A model generated the notes under the pieces. The model did not search any database and was not told the DNA's origin. It saw nothing but the letters and a program-made list of their open reading frames with translations. This document shows positions 12,466 through 24,483 of a stretch of 41,161 nucleotides of DNA, one piece after another (within the stretch, counting starts at the first letter, position 1; the number at the start of each line of letters is the position of its first letter). The position numbers and the translations under genes were made by a program. The stretch lies in the NCBI GenBank assembly GCA_002104905.1, contig MCFE01000737.1, positions 1 through 41,161 on the forward strand. Reading direction: 5' to 3'. Source of the DNA: Basidiobolus meristosporus CBS 931.73. Taxonomy: Eukaryota > Fungi > Basidiobolomycota.

Positions 12466-14074
12466 GCTAACGTTTTGTGTGGAAGGGGGAATATTCTAGG
12501 ATGGGGAGGGCAACCAATGGAGGTTGGAAGTTAGCACTATGGTGGTTGGTCTGGCTGCCCCTTATATAGCAGTAAGGAAGCAAACCGGAGTAACCAAATT
12601 TGGATTGGAGATGGGTGTTCAAGGTTGGTAACACTAAATATTTCCAGTACAGCCAATGGTGCAGTATTGGTGGACCAACAGCCAGTCAACGCCCTCCAAC
12701 TGTTGAACGTTTATCCAAGATCAGTCTGTCTGAGAAATTGAGCCCACCATGCAAGTTGAAACCGTGAATAGGATGCCGCCTATAAACAAGGTTGGCGGGT
12801 TAAGTTTTGGGATCACCCGCCACGAGCCTCGCCAATGGATGGGAATTTCGAGATGCATCCAAGACGGTTCACTTAGGGGAGATCTGGATGTTCTTCATTG
12901 ACCACCCGTCAACTCATTGGTGCGCTCCGGGTTTATGGAAGCCTGTGCTAGATCACAAGCGCTTTGGAGACCGGTTAGATTAATTAGTACCCATTCTCTT
13001 ATCACTCGCCGTTCTAACTGGATTTCGATATATCTCTTTGCAATGGTGAGCGAACAACTTCCTCAGATAGGCGTCTATACGTCATGAAGTGCTTAGTTTA
13101 ACCTGATGGGGCTTTGTAATCGATTCTGGTAATGAATCTCCCACGAAACGATTACCACAATCAGGCACTGGTGGTACGAAATTGGGGGGGGGGTAGATAA
13201 CCTCGTAGATGATTTCCTGTTTTATGGTGTTGACAATCAAGCCAGACGATCCCTGAAATGAAGGAAAATCTGATGACCTTGAGGTACGCCTCTCACTTAC
13301 CTCAAAGGATCGAGATTTTCCCCATGGCCGTTGATCAGCACGGACGACGAGCCCAGATCGGCTTTGGCTCTCGCTCTCACTACGGGTCGTCTCCCATCGT
13401 TGCCCCAATTCCGCATGTCTTATATCACCTGCATATGTCTCTGATATCCATTAGCACTAGCACAGGTGATACTTGACTTAACTGAGGCGTAGGTCTTTCC
13501 CGTACATGCTAGTGCATCTGGTACACCGCAGGAAGTCAGGTCAGGCGAAACTCCCTTCTAACAAAATGGGAAGGTATGGTGCTTGATATCCTTGACGACT
13601 GGGGGAGTGGCTAGATGATGTTCGAGGTGTAAATGAAATACAAGCTCCACGGCCACAATCTACAGTCGATCGCCACCCACTTGGACAGAGCTGGCTCAAC
13701 AAATTGGGGATTTCCCATAGACAATTAAGTTTCCAAATGTCAGATTGGTGAGGCGACTTCAAGGTACATCGGTTTACCATAAAGGGAGGATTGACGTATA
13801 TCTGGGCAATACCAATATGACTATCGTAACTGAACCTTAGGGTCGGGTAGCGAAGCAACTGCTGATGCTTTGCAGATCAAGTTAATTCCTGAAGTCGCTG
13901 GTGAGAATGACAACTTGAGATGTTTTAATCTCATCAATGTGGGACAAATACAGCGTATGGAATGAACAGTGGTCCCACAGCTAGAAATCTCTCACCCTAA
14001 GAAGCGATTCGGCATCCATATGTGGAGCTGTATCGTCCAAATCGGGCAGCAAACAGCGAAATCTTTATTGTTTA

Positions 14075-14878
14075 TTACTGATCAACAGTAGGCCTTCCTT
14101 TTGTGGCCTCGAGGGCGATGATTGGACAGTTCTCCAGAAATTCCGACCAGTACAATGGATCTTGACCAGCATTTCCATCAAGCTCCATTCGGACCCATCG
14201 CCAGCTGGTGAAGCCGGCTTGACGAAGAGCCCATTCGTACGTGGTTAAGGGCCACCATACATTGTTGAAGGAGGCGATGGAACCATCAGTGTTGGTCAGC
14301 TCATATTGAATCGTGTCCCCATCGGTCGGGTTGAAACCCCCGTCAGGAATGGATTTGGCTAAAGCATATTTCTTCCTCTGGTGGACCGTATATGCAGCAT
14401 TTGGATTGTCATTCAGCATGAACAATTTACCACCGTCCTTCAGGTTGCTGGCAATCACCTCACAGAACCGCAACAGCTCGTCGGGGCTCTTGGCGTAGCA
14501 TAGGAGGTACGCGGCCGAGACGACGTCAAACTTCTCCAGGTGGTCGATGGGCTCGGCGACATCCATTTCGCCCACGTTCATCACCTTGTACCGAATGCGG
14601 GAGGTGTTGGGACACTCCATGCTCTCGGCTATGTCAATCATGGACTTGGAGATGTCCACCCCGTAGACGAAGGAGGCTCGCATTTTGTCGCGGTATAATC
14701 TGCTGTAGTAGCCGCTGCCGCAAGCCAAGTCGAGCACTCGCTTGTTTATCATCGAGCTCCCGATCAGTTTTAGTAAGGTAGGTCTCTCGACATAGATTCT
14801 GAACGGGAGATCCTTAGACTTCGTGTACTCCTCGGCAATCCCATCGTAGGCACTGTCTAGCTTGGCGGCGAGGGTCAT
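14075..14878 (-). CDS. ToxA-like class I methyltransferase, copy B
   Basis: Paralog of 11668-12465. The ATG at 14878 (MTLAAKLDSAYDGIA) aligns with the copy A start better than the ORF-track start at 15013. Confidence 0.85.
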   Translation of the reverse strand: MTLAAKLDSAYDGIAEEYTKSKDLPFRIYVERPTLLKLIGSSMINKRVLDLACGSGYYSRLYRDKMRASFVYGVDISKSMIDIAESMECPNTSRIRYKVMNVGEMDVAEPIDHLEKFDVVSAAYLLCYAKSPDELLRFCEVIASNLKDGGKLFMLNDNPNAAYTVHQRKKYALAKSIPDGGFNPTDGDTIQYELTNTDGSIASFNNVWWPLTTYEWALRQAGFTSWRWVRMELDGNAGQDPLYWSEFLENCPIIALEATKGRPTVDQ

Positions 14879-16270
14879 AACACCTCTGAAAATTAAAGGG
14901 GTATCTTGTTGGTAGTCTTTTACTCCAATCACCAAGTATTTATGAGTACTTACAACAATGGAGCAGTGCGTTTGGTGAAACCAACGAAATTCCAACCCAA
15001 CAAACAGAAGCATGAAACTTGCCTAAAGCCTGATGCCACACATTAAAAGCATTCTCGTCGCACCAGCTTCCACCGCACCATTGGCATATTAAGTTATTTA
15101 GGTAGCACGTGCATCAAAGGTGGAAGGTAGAGTGAAGATTCAAATAGATAGAGATCACTGAGACCCAAAGGATCAGCAATCTCTGGGTAGAATTCAAGCA
15201 CGGTTAGTGGACGGGAGATTTTCTTCGGAGCCGAAATAGGGAAGAATGGACCAGAGTTGGGCGAAAAAATACAAGCCCGCTCATAAGCCCTCTCGCCAGA
15301 TCCTATGAGGTTGCCGAGTATTGTTTCAAGTGTTTATGCAACCACATTCGATTCCAGACACCGAGCATATATATTCTGTTAATAGGGCTGGCGTGGGAAT
15401 GCTAGTCGAATTTCATGCTGTCATGCGTCATGTCTGATTCAACGCCGACAACGTGATCTTGCTGATTAACTTAACCAATTAGTGGCTCAATCCTATCACC
15501 TATGTGCGTTTGTTGATTAACCTGCAACTTCTAGTTTAAATCAATGCCCAAGACCCCGGTATCAAGAACTCACCTCCCCCCCTCACCTCTAGGCAGTTTC
15601 GATAGTCCATCTTCTAGGGATATCTCTGGTTAGCTAGGCTTGCCTCTTACATAAACTATTTTAGAGAGGAAACGAAGGGATTCAAGTGAGTAGACACCTA
15701 TTTTTTAATTTATCTGGGTGTAGCCATTATGTGCCCCACACAAGTGTGTTGCCACCTGTTTGGTTCACGTTGGATCAGAACCGAAAAGACGACCTGTGTG
15801 CATTGAGAGCAACCGTACCTCCCAAATTACTGCGTACCTTTATGTTCTCGTGAACCAAAGCACGTGAAAAGTCGACTTCTCTTATCTTTCTGATTGCTGG
15901 AATTTGAGAGAGCCGGTTAAAGGTTACGTCGGTTGCTTCTTTTACCTCTTGCTTTACTTCTTGAAACTGACGTGATGGTTGGGCCAGAAATTTATCCTTC
16001 AACTGAGCGGTTTTCCTTTATTTTAGCGACGGATTGACCTCTCGCCAGCGACTCAACACTACACAACCCTCGATGAACCGACAGTGTGAGTTTTCCCCAG
16101 TTGGCCAGCCAAGGGAGCTGGCCAAACAGTTCTCCGCCGTTCACCTTTAAACTCACCAGGCTTACTTTTATTAAGTTAACCCACACATACTATCGAGCAA
16201 ATCACCAACACCAACACCAGCCTCAACTGCCCCCTCCTACTCTCCCCTCTCTACGCTAAGCACTTCCCAC

Positions 16271-17845
16271 ATGAATCGGACAAGCCTGAACAATGCTTTC
16301 GGGCAAAAGCTAACAAACGGAAAACCATGTAAGTATATCACTCCACCGCTGGTCGCTTCCGCTGCACCTTTTGCTCAACCACCCAACTTTCCCTCGTGGT
16401 CGAAGCACTCGTGAGCCCCACCTGGGGATACTCCACACAGCCCACCTCCTTACGGCAGCCTCCACACCTGAATAATGCAGGCGAGATTCTAGATATGTCC
16501 GAGTTCCCGGCGTTGGGAAGCGCCCCAGCTTCGGGACGGCATTCCAAATTACCCAGCCTAGCAGATGACCGAACTCACCTGGACGAGCCGAGGAAGGATG
16601 ATTTCCCCGCTCTTCCTGGCTTGGGTGATCGTTCCCGTTCTAATCCTAATCAGTCTTTATCGTATGCCACTAGCTTGGCTAGTGGAAGTTCAGTCACTTC
16701 CCCACAGGGCCAGCCCTTGAACGGTACCATTGGGACACCCCTCCCCAGTCAGGCCAACTCTGGTAAGCTTGTGTGAAAAGAAGTCGCCATCTACTTTACC
16801 GTATTAACCTGGTTCCGATTTATCCTCGATTCTTATTATCCAACAGCCCTTACGGAAGGAGAAAAGGTACGTATCCAGCACATGCCAGACCCGAAGTCGC
16901 ATCCTCACCACTCATCCAGTCACCACAGAGTTGGGCGACCAAGCTGTCCGGATCCTTGCAAAGTACTCAAATCACCACGGTCCCAAATCAGAATGCCGAC
17001 CATCACAACGAAAGCGCCGCCACCACCAGCAAATACGGCATGATGGGGATGCTCTCTTTTATCAAGCCGGCTGACCAGCAGGTTGCTATGCTTGTGAACG
17101 GATGTGATCTGACGACGCTGGGGCTGAATCTGAATTCCCAAGAGTGAGTATGGACCCCGCCCTCCCCTCGCAATTCACCTTGCTTATTAAGCGCGCTGCT
17201 CTTTCTTCCAGCGCCCTCTACGCAACTTTCCTGACCCCGTGGGCGGGAGCGTCTACGGGTGAAGCAGATTTCCGGATAGAGCCTGCATATCACCTGCCCT
17301 CGTGCTACAACGCCCAGGTCCCTCCACCGGCGCAACTCAAAATCGCATCGTTCACCGATGAAACACTATTCTACATATTCTACTCCATGCCAAGGGACGG
17401 GATGCAGGAAGCGGCAGCACAGGAATTGTAAGTACCCTCCGCTCGAACGATCCCCTCGGGAGATCTGGGGACTAACCACGAGTTCTCCACCAGGTTCAGT
17501 CGCAACTGGAGGTTCCATAAGGAGGCCCGGCTATGGCTTACGAAAGAACCCGGTAGTGAGCTTAAGGCCAAGACGGCGGCCTACGAGCGGGGCACCTATC
17601 TCTTCTTCGACCCGGCCATCTGGAGTACCGTGAAAAAAGAGGACTTCGTCCTGGCCTATGAATCGCTTGAAGACCGGGCCCCTGCCATGCTCCCTGGTGG
17701 GTACAACTCCAATCTGGGAGGCACGCCCAGCTCTCTGGCAGGTATACCGATGCAGAGCAACTTCCCACCCCAGTTCACCTTCCCGAATCCGAATCAGGTG
17801 CGGTATGGTCTAGCTTCTGGGCCGGGCTACGGAAAGGAGTATTGA
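16271..17845 (+). CDS. NOT2: CCR4-NOT complex subunit NOT2 (multi-exon; exact 3' exon uncertain)
   Basis: Spliced motifs EFPALG, DLTTLGLNLNS, DETLFYIFYSMPRD..QE.AAQEL, RNWRFHK..RLWLT and YERGTYLFFDP. GTAAGT/GTGAGT...CAG introns separate them. Confidence 0.9.
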
Positions 17846-18180
17846 TGTTGATGGCAGGTCGGTCGGCAATGGCACATCGGTGAACCCTACCTCTCAACAG
17901 CCTTTATCTACACCGCCAAGGAGTTCGTCGAAAATGATCTTGTATGTAAATGGGAAAATTCATACGCTTGCTAATGCTGTCGTCCAAAATAAACTCGATG
18001 TTATTTGAACCAGTGGCGAGCAGTGTGTTGGTTGGTTCAGTGAGTCCTGACAAATTGGAGGAGCGAGTCATCGACACCGAGGCGCGGATGGGGTCAGTAA
18101 ATAGAAAACAAAGCAATCCATTAGAGGATTCTCCCTGATATAAAGAGCAGTGGTCCTTCACGGCTGCATATGAATCAACT

Positions 18181-19797
18181 ATGTTGTCACATCCGAAAAT
18201 TCTAGTTTCCTTGGGTCTGGCCATCACTCTCCCCTTGGTAACCGGCGATGTCACCTTTCACGTGACGGGCTTCCCGGAGAAGGATGGGTGCGAGTTGGGG
18301 GTAGTGGTGAATGACCAGTGGACTCGGTTGTCCACCACGCCCGAGGCATTTCCCCTTTGGAGTGGCCAAGTATCGGGTGTGGATACCCCATTAGAGTATC
18401 GCTACGGTGTGTTGGATGAGGCGGGGAATGAGATAGAGAGGGAGAGTTTCACGCGAACTTTAGGCGACGGAAATCAGACCAAGAACGAGTTCTTCGACCG
18501 ATCGAAAACACTGGTCAAAATCCCGGATATCCCCAATGTGTACGCCCCATGGGCATTCGACAGGCCGGCGATATTTGAAGACGGGATGCTAGGTACCATT
18601 CACCTAACCGCTGATCAGGACCAGGTGGACAGCATCCACGAAGCGCAGGATGATCCCCCTGATATAAAGGTAAGCATGAGGTTTGTGCACCCGGACTTCG
18701 CCGTCTCGCTAGAGCATGTTGGTTGGGGGATCAGTGGGCAATCCACAAGAGAGTTCGCCAAGAAGTCATATAAATTGAGCTTCAAGCAGTCCGGGGATTT
18801 CCTCTCCGTTGGGTCCATCAAGTTAAGGGCGGAGGAAACCGATCCGACCATGATGCGGGAAAAGCTGTACCTCGACCTGCTGCATTCCCTCGGCGTTGCC
18901 GCGATACAAGCGAACTGGGTCCGCCTGTATGTGAACCGCAAGCCCGTAGGCCTATTTACAATGACCGACGACATCGAGGCCCCATTCCTCAGGCGTGTGT
19001 TCCATGATGGTGATCTGAAGGCGCCAACCGGGGTAGAATTCGAGTGCAATGCCATCGAAGTCACCAACGAGGCCAACTTAGTCTATCACGGTATGGACGA
19101 GGATCATTACGACTTCACCGATGTCTATGTCATCAAGGAGGCACCAGAAGGTGATGCCGCGGCCAAGGCTGCTTTAATAGCTTTTACCAAAGCCATCCAT
19201 GATTTCCAACCTACGACCGCCAGCCCGAGTGAGATGTCGGAGTTCAAAGCCGTTTGGGATTATCCTCATTTTCTTCGCGCCATGGGATTGGAATTCTTGG
19301 CCGGCGCCTGGGACAACTTCTGGTGGTCAGCCAGCAACTATCATCTGTACAAACCTCCCCACAGACCATGGTTCTTTGTCCCAACTGATTTTGATTACAC
19401 CTTTGGAAACGACTATCCAGATGAGAAGCTACGTTCCTACCAAAAGTTCAACCAAGGGAAGATGCGACCACCCCTTGACAAACTCCTGGCCATCCCCAAG
19501 ACCCGACACGACTTTGAGGAGATGCTGGAAAGAATCACTAATCATGCCTTCAATTCAGATGTTCTGGATGCACAGATTGATGGCTACCTGGAGTTGCTGA
19601 AAGAAGAGATAAGTTGGGATCGTGGTTTACCTCGGCTCACTTCGGGTAAGAATCTTCACTGGTCACTCAAAAGCGCGGTCGACAACATTGCCGGCCCAAT
19701 ACCTGGTAAGGAGTTCGGTCTGAAGCCATGGATCAAGGATCGAGTGAAATTACTTCATACTCAGCTAGGCCACCAGCATAACACCTCGGAACGATAG
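18181..19797 (+). CDS. cotH: Secreted CotH-family kinase-like protein
   Basis: Signal peptide; fungal CotH N-terminal 'FPLWSG...EYRY...E.F.R' module; SGQSTR..AKKSYK, IKLRAEETDPTMMREKLY and PTDFDYTFG motifs. Confidence 0.9.
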   Translation: MLSHPKILVSLGLAITLPLVTGDVTFHVTGFPEKDGCELGVVVNDQWTRLSTTPEAFPLWSGQVSGVDTPLEYRYGVLDEAGNEIERESFTRTLGDGNQTKNEFFDRSKTLVKIPDIPNVYAPWAFDRPAIFEDGMLGTIHLTADQDQVDSIHEAQDDPPDIKVSMRFVHPDFAVSLEHVGWGISGQSTREFAKKSYKLSFKQSGDFLSVGSIKLRAEETDPTMMREKLYLDLLHSLGVAAIQANWVRLYVNRKPVGLFTMTDDIEAPFLRRVFHDGDLKAPTGVEFECNAIEVTNEANLVYHGMDEDHYDFTDVYVIKEAPEGDAAAKAALIAFTKAIHDFQPTTASPSEMSEFKAVWDYPHFLRAMGLEFLAGAWDNFWWSASNYHLYKPPHRPWFFVPTDFDYTFGNDYPDEKLRSYQKFNQGKMRPPLDKLLAIPKTRHDFEEMLERITNHAFNSDVLDAQIDGYLELLKEEISWDRGLPRLTSGKNLHWSLKSAVDNIAGPIPGKEFGLKPWIKDRVKLLHTQLGHQHNTSER

Positions 19798-19875
19798 AAC
19801 ACTTTCAGGAGAAATAAAACAACTGTACTGTTTATTCATTTAACAAACACTCATCAATATACAAGGTTCCAAAAG

Positions 19876-20526
19876 TTAGTTGTTGAGATATCCGGCCAAT
19901 GCTACCGCAACAACACTCAATACAGTCAGTGGATAGAAGTTCGATTCTCCGGCGTTAGAATGGTTGTTGTTAGTTGGGGTCGGGTTTGGATTGGCTGTTA
20001 CTTGGGTGGTTGCTACTGGCTGGGCTGGAGTGTTTCCAGCATTGTTGCCATCTCCTTCGCTGTGGGTTGCCTCTGGGGTTGGCTGTGGGCTTGCAGGAGT
20101 TGGGTTATTGTGATCATTGCCAGCGTCACCGCCGTTGGCGGGTGTATTGTTACCATCGTTATGGCCGGTACCATTCGGATCATTGGCATTACCATTACCA
20201 TTGCCATCACCATTATGATCGGCGGGATTGGCACCGCCATTATGATCATTGGGGTTACCACTACCATTGTGGTCATTGGGATTACCACTACCATTGTGGT
20301 CATTAGGATTACCATTGGCATTGGGGGCATTATCTCCATTGCTGCTACCGCCACCATTGCCGGCACCACAATATGCGGTTCCAGTGCCACAGAAGCCCCA
20401 AGTAGAACAGCATGAGCCTGCGGGGCATTCCACTCCATTACCACAAGTGCCGTCCAAGCTGACCGCAGCCTGAGAAAGGGAGGCCAAAGAGGCAACGAGA
20501 GTTACGGTTACGAGGGAGAATTTCAT
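19876..20526 (-). CDS. Secreted, probably GPI-anchored protein with an N-terminal hevein-like CBM18 chitin-binding module and N/G/D/H-rich repeats
   Basis: Signal peptide; CG...C....CCS.WGFCG....YCG; low-complexity linker; hydrophobic C-terminal tail after SNAG. Confidence 0.85.
   Translation of the reverse strand: MKFSLVTVTLVASLASLSQAAVSLDGTCGNGVECPAGSCCSTWGFCGTGTAYCGAGNGGGSSNGDNAPNANGNPNDHNGSGNPNDHNGSGNPNDHNGGANPADHNGDGNGNGNANDPNGTGHNDGNNTPANGGDAGNDHNNPTPASPQPTPEATHSEGDGNNAGNTPAQPVATTQVTANPNPTPTNNNHSNAGESNFYPLTVLSVVAVALAGYLNN
20210..20317. repeat. 27-bp coding tandem repeat (NPNDHNGSG-type units)
   Basis: About 3-4 units of ccattgtggtcattgggattaccacta, seen directly. Confidence 0.75.
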
Positions 20527-21277
20527 GGTTAAGTTAAGTTTAGATTTGCGGATAAATACAGTGATTTACAAGATGTAGTTCGATTGATATTCAGGATTTA
20601 GATGGTCTTTCTTTGGCTGTCGGTCGGGTCGCATTTATACTGAATCCCTCGCGTTGGGAAATTCATGCGAACCGAGTACCGTTCAAAACGGTTGCATGAA
20701 TGTTACATCAGCAACCAGAAGCCTGGCGCAGTTCCTCTAACGCGAAGTTTGATGTGTCCGTCTGGTAAAATCACCCTTTGGCAGCAACAGCTATGCGAAA
20801 TAGTGATGGCGGTTGCCATGCCACATTGGATAATCCCGAAAACGATTAGCTCACCGAGGTGCTCAACACTCATTCGATCGCCCTGGTAACTGGGAGAGTG
20901 TTGCGATTACGTAGTCTCCACCAGTATGTAATACTTACATCACGTAACGCTGTTGACCACCCTTGGACTTCCTTGGCCATTCATGCTCCGAACATAGTGT
21001 AGGTGACTTGACTAAATGTGCCAAGAGATTGAGGGAAGCATATACCGAAAAGGATAAATGGCGATATCACGTGATAGAGCATACGAACTCTACCAGTTAA
21101 TGCATATAATCAGTTTAGATTGAATGTAAATATTCGTTTAAACAAATGCGGCTTTCAAATGGTTAATTGGGGGTATCATTTGGTCTTCATTGTTGATTGA
21201 GGTTTGTTAAAATATACAAAATTAGTTGATTGCAGTTAGTAGTATTGATGGTTTCTAGATTTTCCCATTGTCGAGCC

Positions 21278-21349
21278 GCCTGCTTAGCGCAGTGGTAGCG
21301 CGTCAGTCTCGTAAACTGAAGGTCGCCAGTTCAATCCTGGCAGTAGGCA
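21278..21349 (+). tRNA. tRNA-Thr: tRNA-Thr(CGT), intronless
   Basis: Acceptor stem GCCTGCT/AGTAGGC; D arm GCGC-AGTGGTA-GCGC; anticodon arm TCAGT-CTCGTAA-ACTGA; T arm GCCAG-TTCAATC-CTGGC. Confidence 0.95.
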
Positions 21350-21925
21350 CAAATTTTACCTGGGCTGAAACGGAGGTTATTTTTAGACTAATTTATTAAC
21401 CCATCTTCGCCTGATTAAGTAAGCTATATTAATGCAGGAACGGTGTGAATGGTGGCCGGAATATCACATGAGAATCATGATATTTTTGCCTCACACCAAA
21501 CGTAAATAAACCTAAATCACATCGGTCAGAACCAAAATGGAGCCATCTATAATCGATCTTTTTCAGGGGCCTGCCATCGAAAGAAACAGGTGAATGGATT
21601 GTTCCCCACACAATGGAGCTTGCTTTTGCGTGCTCGAGAAACTTGCGACGAGGGGGATTTGTGATGTGGAGTAAATATCGAGGTTGTCCAAATCGGACCG
21701 GAAAGTATGGCAAAGCCAGGGCAGAGTACGTGATCACATGGGCATGCCATAATTCTCAACAACCCTAACCCTGACTGGCGAATCGATTTGGAACATTGCG
21801 AATACAGCGCGCATGCACATACCGGCCAGAACCATGAGCGGATTTGGTTTCAACAATACCAGGTATCACAACATCGTGAGATATAAACCTGCACTCCATG
21901 CATTCCTCAAATCTATTGCCGTCTC

Positions 21926-22885
21926 ATGTGGGTCCTTAACAAATTAGCCTATGCCCTCTTTAGCATCTCCGTGATAGGGGCGGTGCCGTACGGAGCCAAA
22001 AGCCTCGACTTGCAGACCATCAAGACTCTCGTCATTTTCGGTGACTCCTTTAGCGATACGGGGAACGTCTACACCCTTTCCAACAAAACACATCCCCCCT
22101 CGTATTACTACAATGGCCACTTCTCCAACGGTAAAATGTGGCCTGAGTACGTTCAGGAGGTCACCACCTGGAGGGTCATCAATTACGCCTATGGAGGAGC
22201 GACCGGTAAGGTTTCGATTAAGATGGAACCATTTAAAGAAAGTTAGCTAACAGAAATCCATCCAGTCAACAATAATATCGTTCAGGGTTATACGGGTGCA
22301 AACTATGATATCAAAGTCCCCGGCGTAGCCCAACAGATTGAAGCGCACAAGGAGTATCTAGCTAAGAACCCCAAGGAAGTATCTCCGAATTCCACCCTAT
22401 ACGTCATCGAGGCAGCAGGGAATGACTACTTCTATGGAGGACCCTCCATCACCCCTGATTCAGTGGCCACTAATGTATACCAGACATCAAAAGTATTGTT
22501 GGAAGCACCGTTCTCTGGGGTTAACCTGCTGTACTTCAACGTCGCTTTGGACCACTTACCATACAACATGAACCAGAATGCGACGGTCAGAGACGAGGCC
22601 AGAGCAAACCGGATCCAGCAAAATTTAGCCCTCAAGTCCTTGATTCGCAGCAATATCAAGGTCAACGTGAAATTATTCGATTTGAATGGTTTTTTGGCCA
22701 GAGAGTTGGTCAGCCCCAGTCACGAAAGCGCAAATATCCCATGTGTCCAGCAACCAAGCACCCCTGGTGGGCAGCCTATCATATGTAATGCCCCCGAGAG
22801 AAAAGTATTCTGGGATATATTCCACCCCACCACCATTACCCATCATGCAATGGCCAAGGCTATCCTTACCACGTTATCTCGTTGA
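21926..22885 (+). CDS. Secreted GDSL/SGNH lipase-esterase, 2 exons (21926-22205, 22266-22885)
   Basis: Signal peptide; FGDSFSDTGN (block I), FSNG, NYAYGGAT, GNDY and FWDIFHPT (block V). The 60-bp GTAAG...CTAAC...CAG intron restores the frame. Confidence 0.9.
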
Positions 22886-23299
22886 TCCCAAAGCATTTAT
22901 AAATCGTATCTTGATTCAACTGTCATGGGGGGGTTGGGAACTGTTGCTTAGTCCTTGATGGTTGAGCAATCTGACAAAGGCATCCGTCTTCATACTAAAG
23001 ATATCAAGGGAGTGCTCAAATGATTACACTATGGCAGGATTCGGATATCAACTCCCTTGAGCCATAAATATATGCGCTCATTCGTAACAACCCCATAAAA
23101 ACTTGTGTAATTTTTTCTACTGCATATGACCACTGTAGCATAATTTCGTGATTTTATTATTAACCCGGGTGATCATGGCAACGTTGTTCAATCGCAAATC
23201 CAAAATCAGCAATCGCCATATACACAGATATGCACTCAACCATAGATCTCTATACTCTAGCATACGGAGTCCACAAAATTGCTAAAGCAAAAAAAAGTG

Positions 23300-24200
23300 G
23301 GGGACTTGAAATGGAATAAAGTAAGGCTCTTGGTATACCACTTTGATTGTGGCCAATAATCTTGCATTAACCATGTATTTAAGAAAACTATGGTTGAGTG
23401 TCATATTTCAAATCCAAAGCAAGATGAAGCAGACTCATGAATGCCATGTAGAGTATATTCATATATGGGCTCACTGATATTAGCAAATCTATGATTTTAT
23501 CCTTGTAATGCAACATTTATGTTGTGAGTTTTTGGAGTTGCTGGAAGTGATGAGGAGAACTGGTTGATTTTATGATTATCATGTCAAGGTGTATTTATGC
23601 TTTCACATTATAATAGTTTTGTAGGTGTTAAAAGTGATTGAGAGAAATAGCCTTGATATTTGAAGGGATTGCGACAAATAATGTATGTAACGTCCTGGAA
23701 AATGTTACAGCATTTGTTGAAGTGTATTTAGAAAACTCCAAGGGGGCATAAATATACTCCAAGAAAAGAATTTAGCAAAAGGACTGCAAAATATCATCAT
23801 AATATCATCTGAATTCTAAGCTTCCCCAAGCTTACAACTCTCAATATCTCAGGTACTGGCTATTTGGCAGACAAGCAGACATATTTTCTAGCAGAAGACT
23901 AGGCTAAATAGCATTGATACCATATCTCGTAATAAGCTAACCACTACTTCCACAAAGAATCACAATTAAAAAAATTGAAAGAAAAACACCAGCTGAATGC
24001 CAGCAAATTATTAGATGAGTTCCAACTGTGGGATTTTTCATAGGGGCAGTATTGGTGCTCAAAGAACCAGTTATAGATGCTAAAAATATGCTAGTTCCCC
24101 AAGTTATTCAAAGAATTTGGGTGTATTGGAAGTGAGTAGCATCTAAATTGCCAATAACTCCCTAGACTTCAAGAGAATGGTCGATGGCTCAGGAACTAAA
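23300..24200. mobile_element. AT-rich, CpG-depleted stretch, probable TE relic of unknown class
   Basis: Composition matches the other relics. No recognisable motif. Confidence 0.3.
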
Positions 24201-24483
24201 TCTCAAGTCGATTAAAAATCCCGCAACACCCAGATGTTCAAACGAGAAATACCATTAGCTCAGGTGACCATTCATTCCAACAATCCGACCACGTCGGCAT
24301 TTTTGGACTCTTGCCATCATGCCATGCTTGCCGCTAGATAGACGCGTAACATGATTCTGATTATACCTAGAATCAGCCGCATCACAAATGTCCTGATGAA
24401 ATCATTATTTTATTTAGCATTCCATTGTTTGTGTTACAAAGGATGTTTCATCTCCAAATCCAAAATTCACTCCAGTAACCGAC

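Noticed and set aside
11668-14878. Toxoflavin biosynthetic cluster
   Set aside because: No toxB (GTP cyclohydrolase II), toxC, toxD or toxE-like genes in the window; only the MTase family resemblance.
14879-15013. N-terminal extension of MTase copy B in the ORF track
   Set aside because: No counterpart in copy A; the downstream ATG aligns with the paralog's start.
15775-16186. Two short minus-strand ORFs divergent from NOT2
   Set aside because: No recognisable motif or supportable splice structure.
19960-20495. Hydrophobic and His/Tyr-rich alternative ORFs
   Set aside because: Off-frame or antisense readings of the 27-bp repeat region.
21429-21762. Minus-strand 102-aa and 71-aa ORFs beside the tRNA
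   Set aside because: Non-ATG starts and no recognisable homology.
21761-21772. AACCCTAACCCT interstitial telomere or telo-box
   Set aside because: Only two units, opposite polarity to the terminal tract and no element end motif. It could be chance or a promoter box; unsupported.
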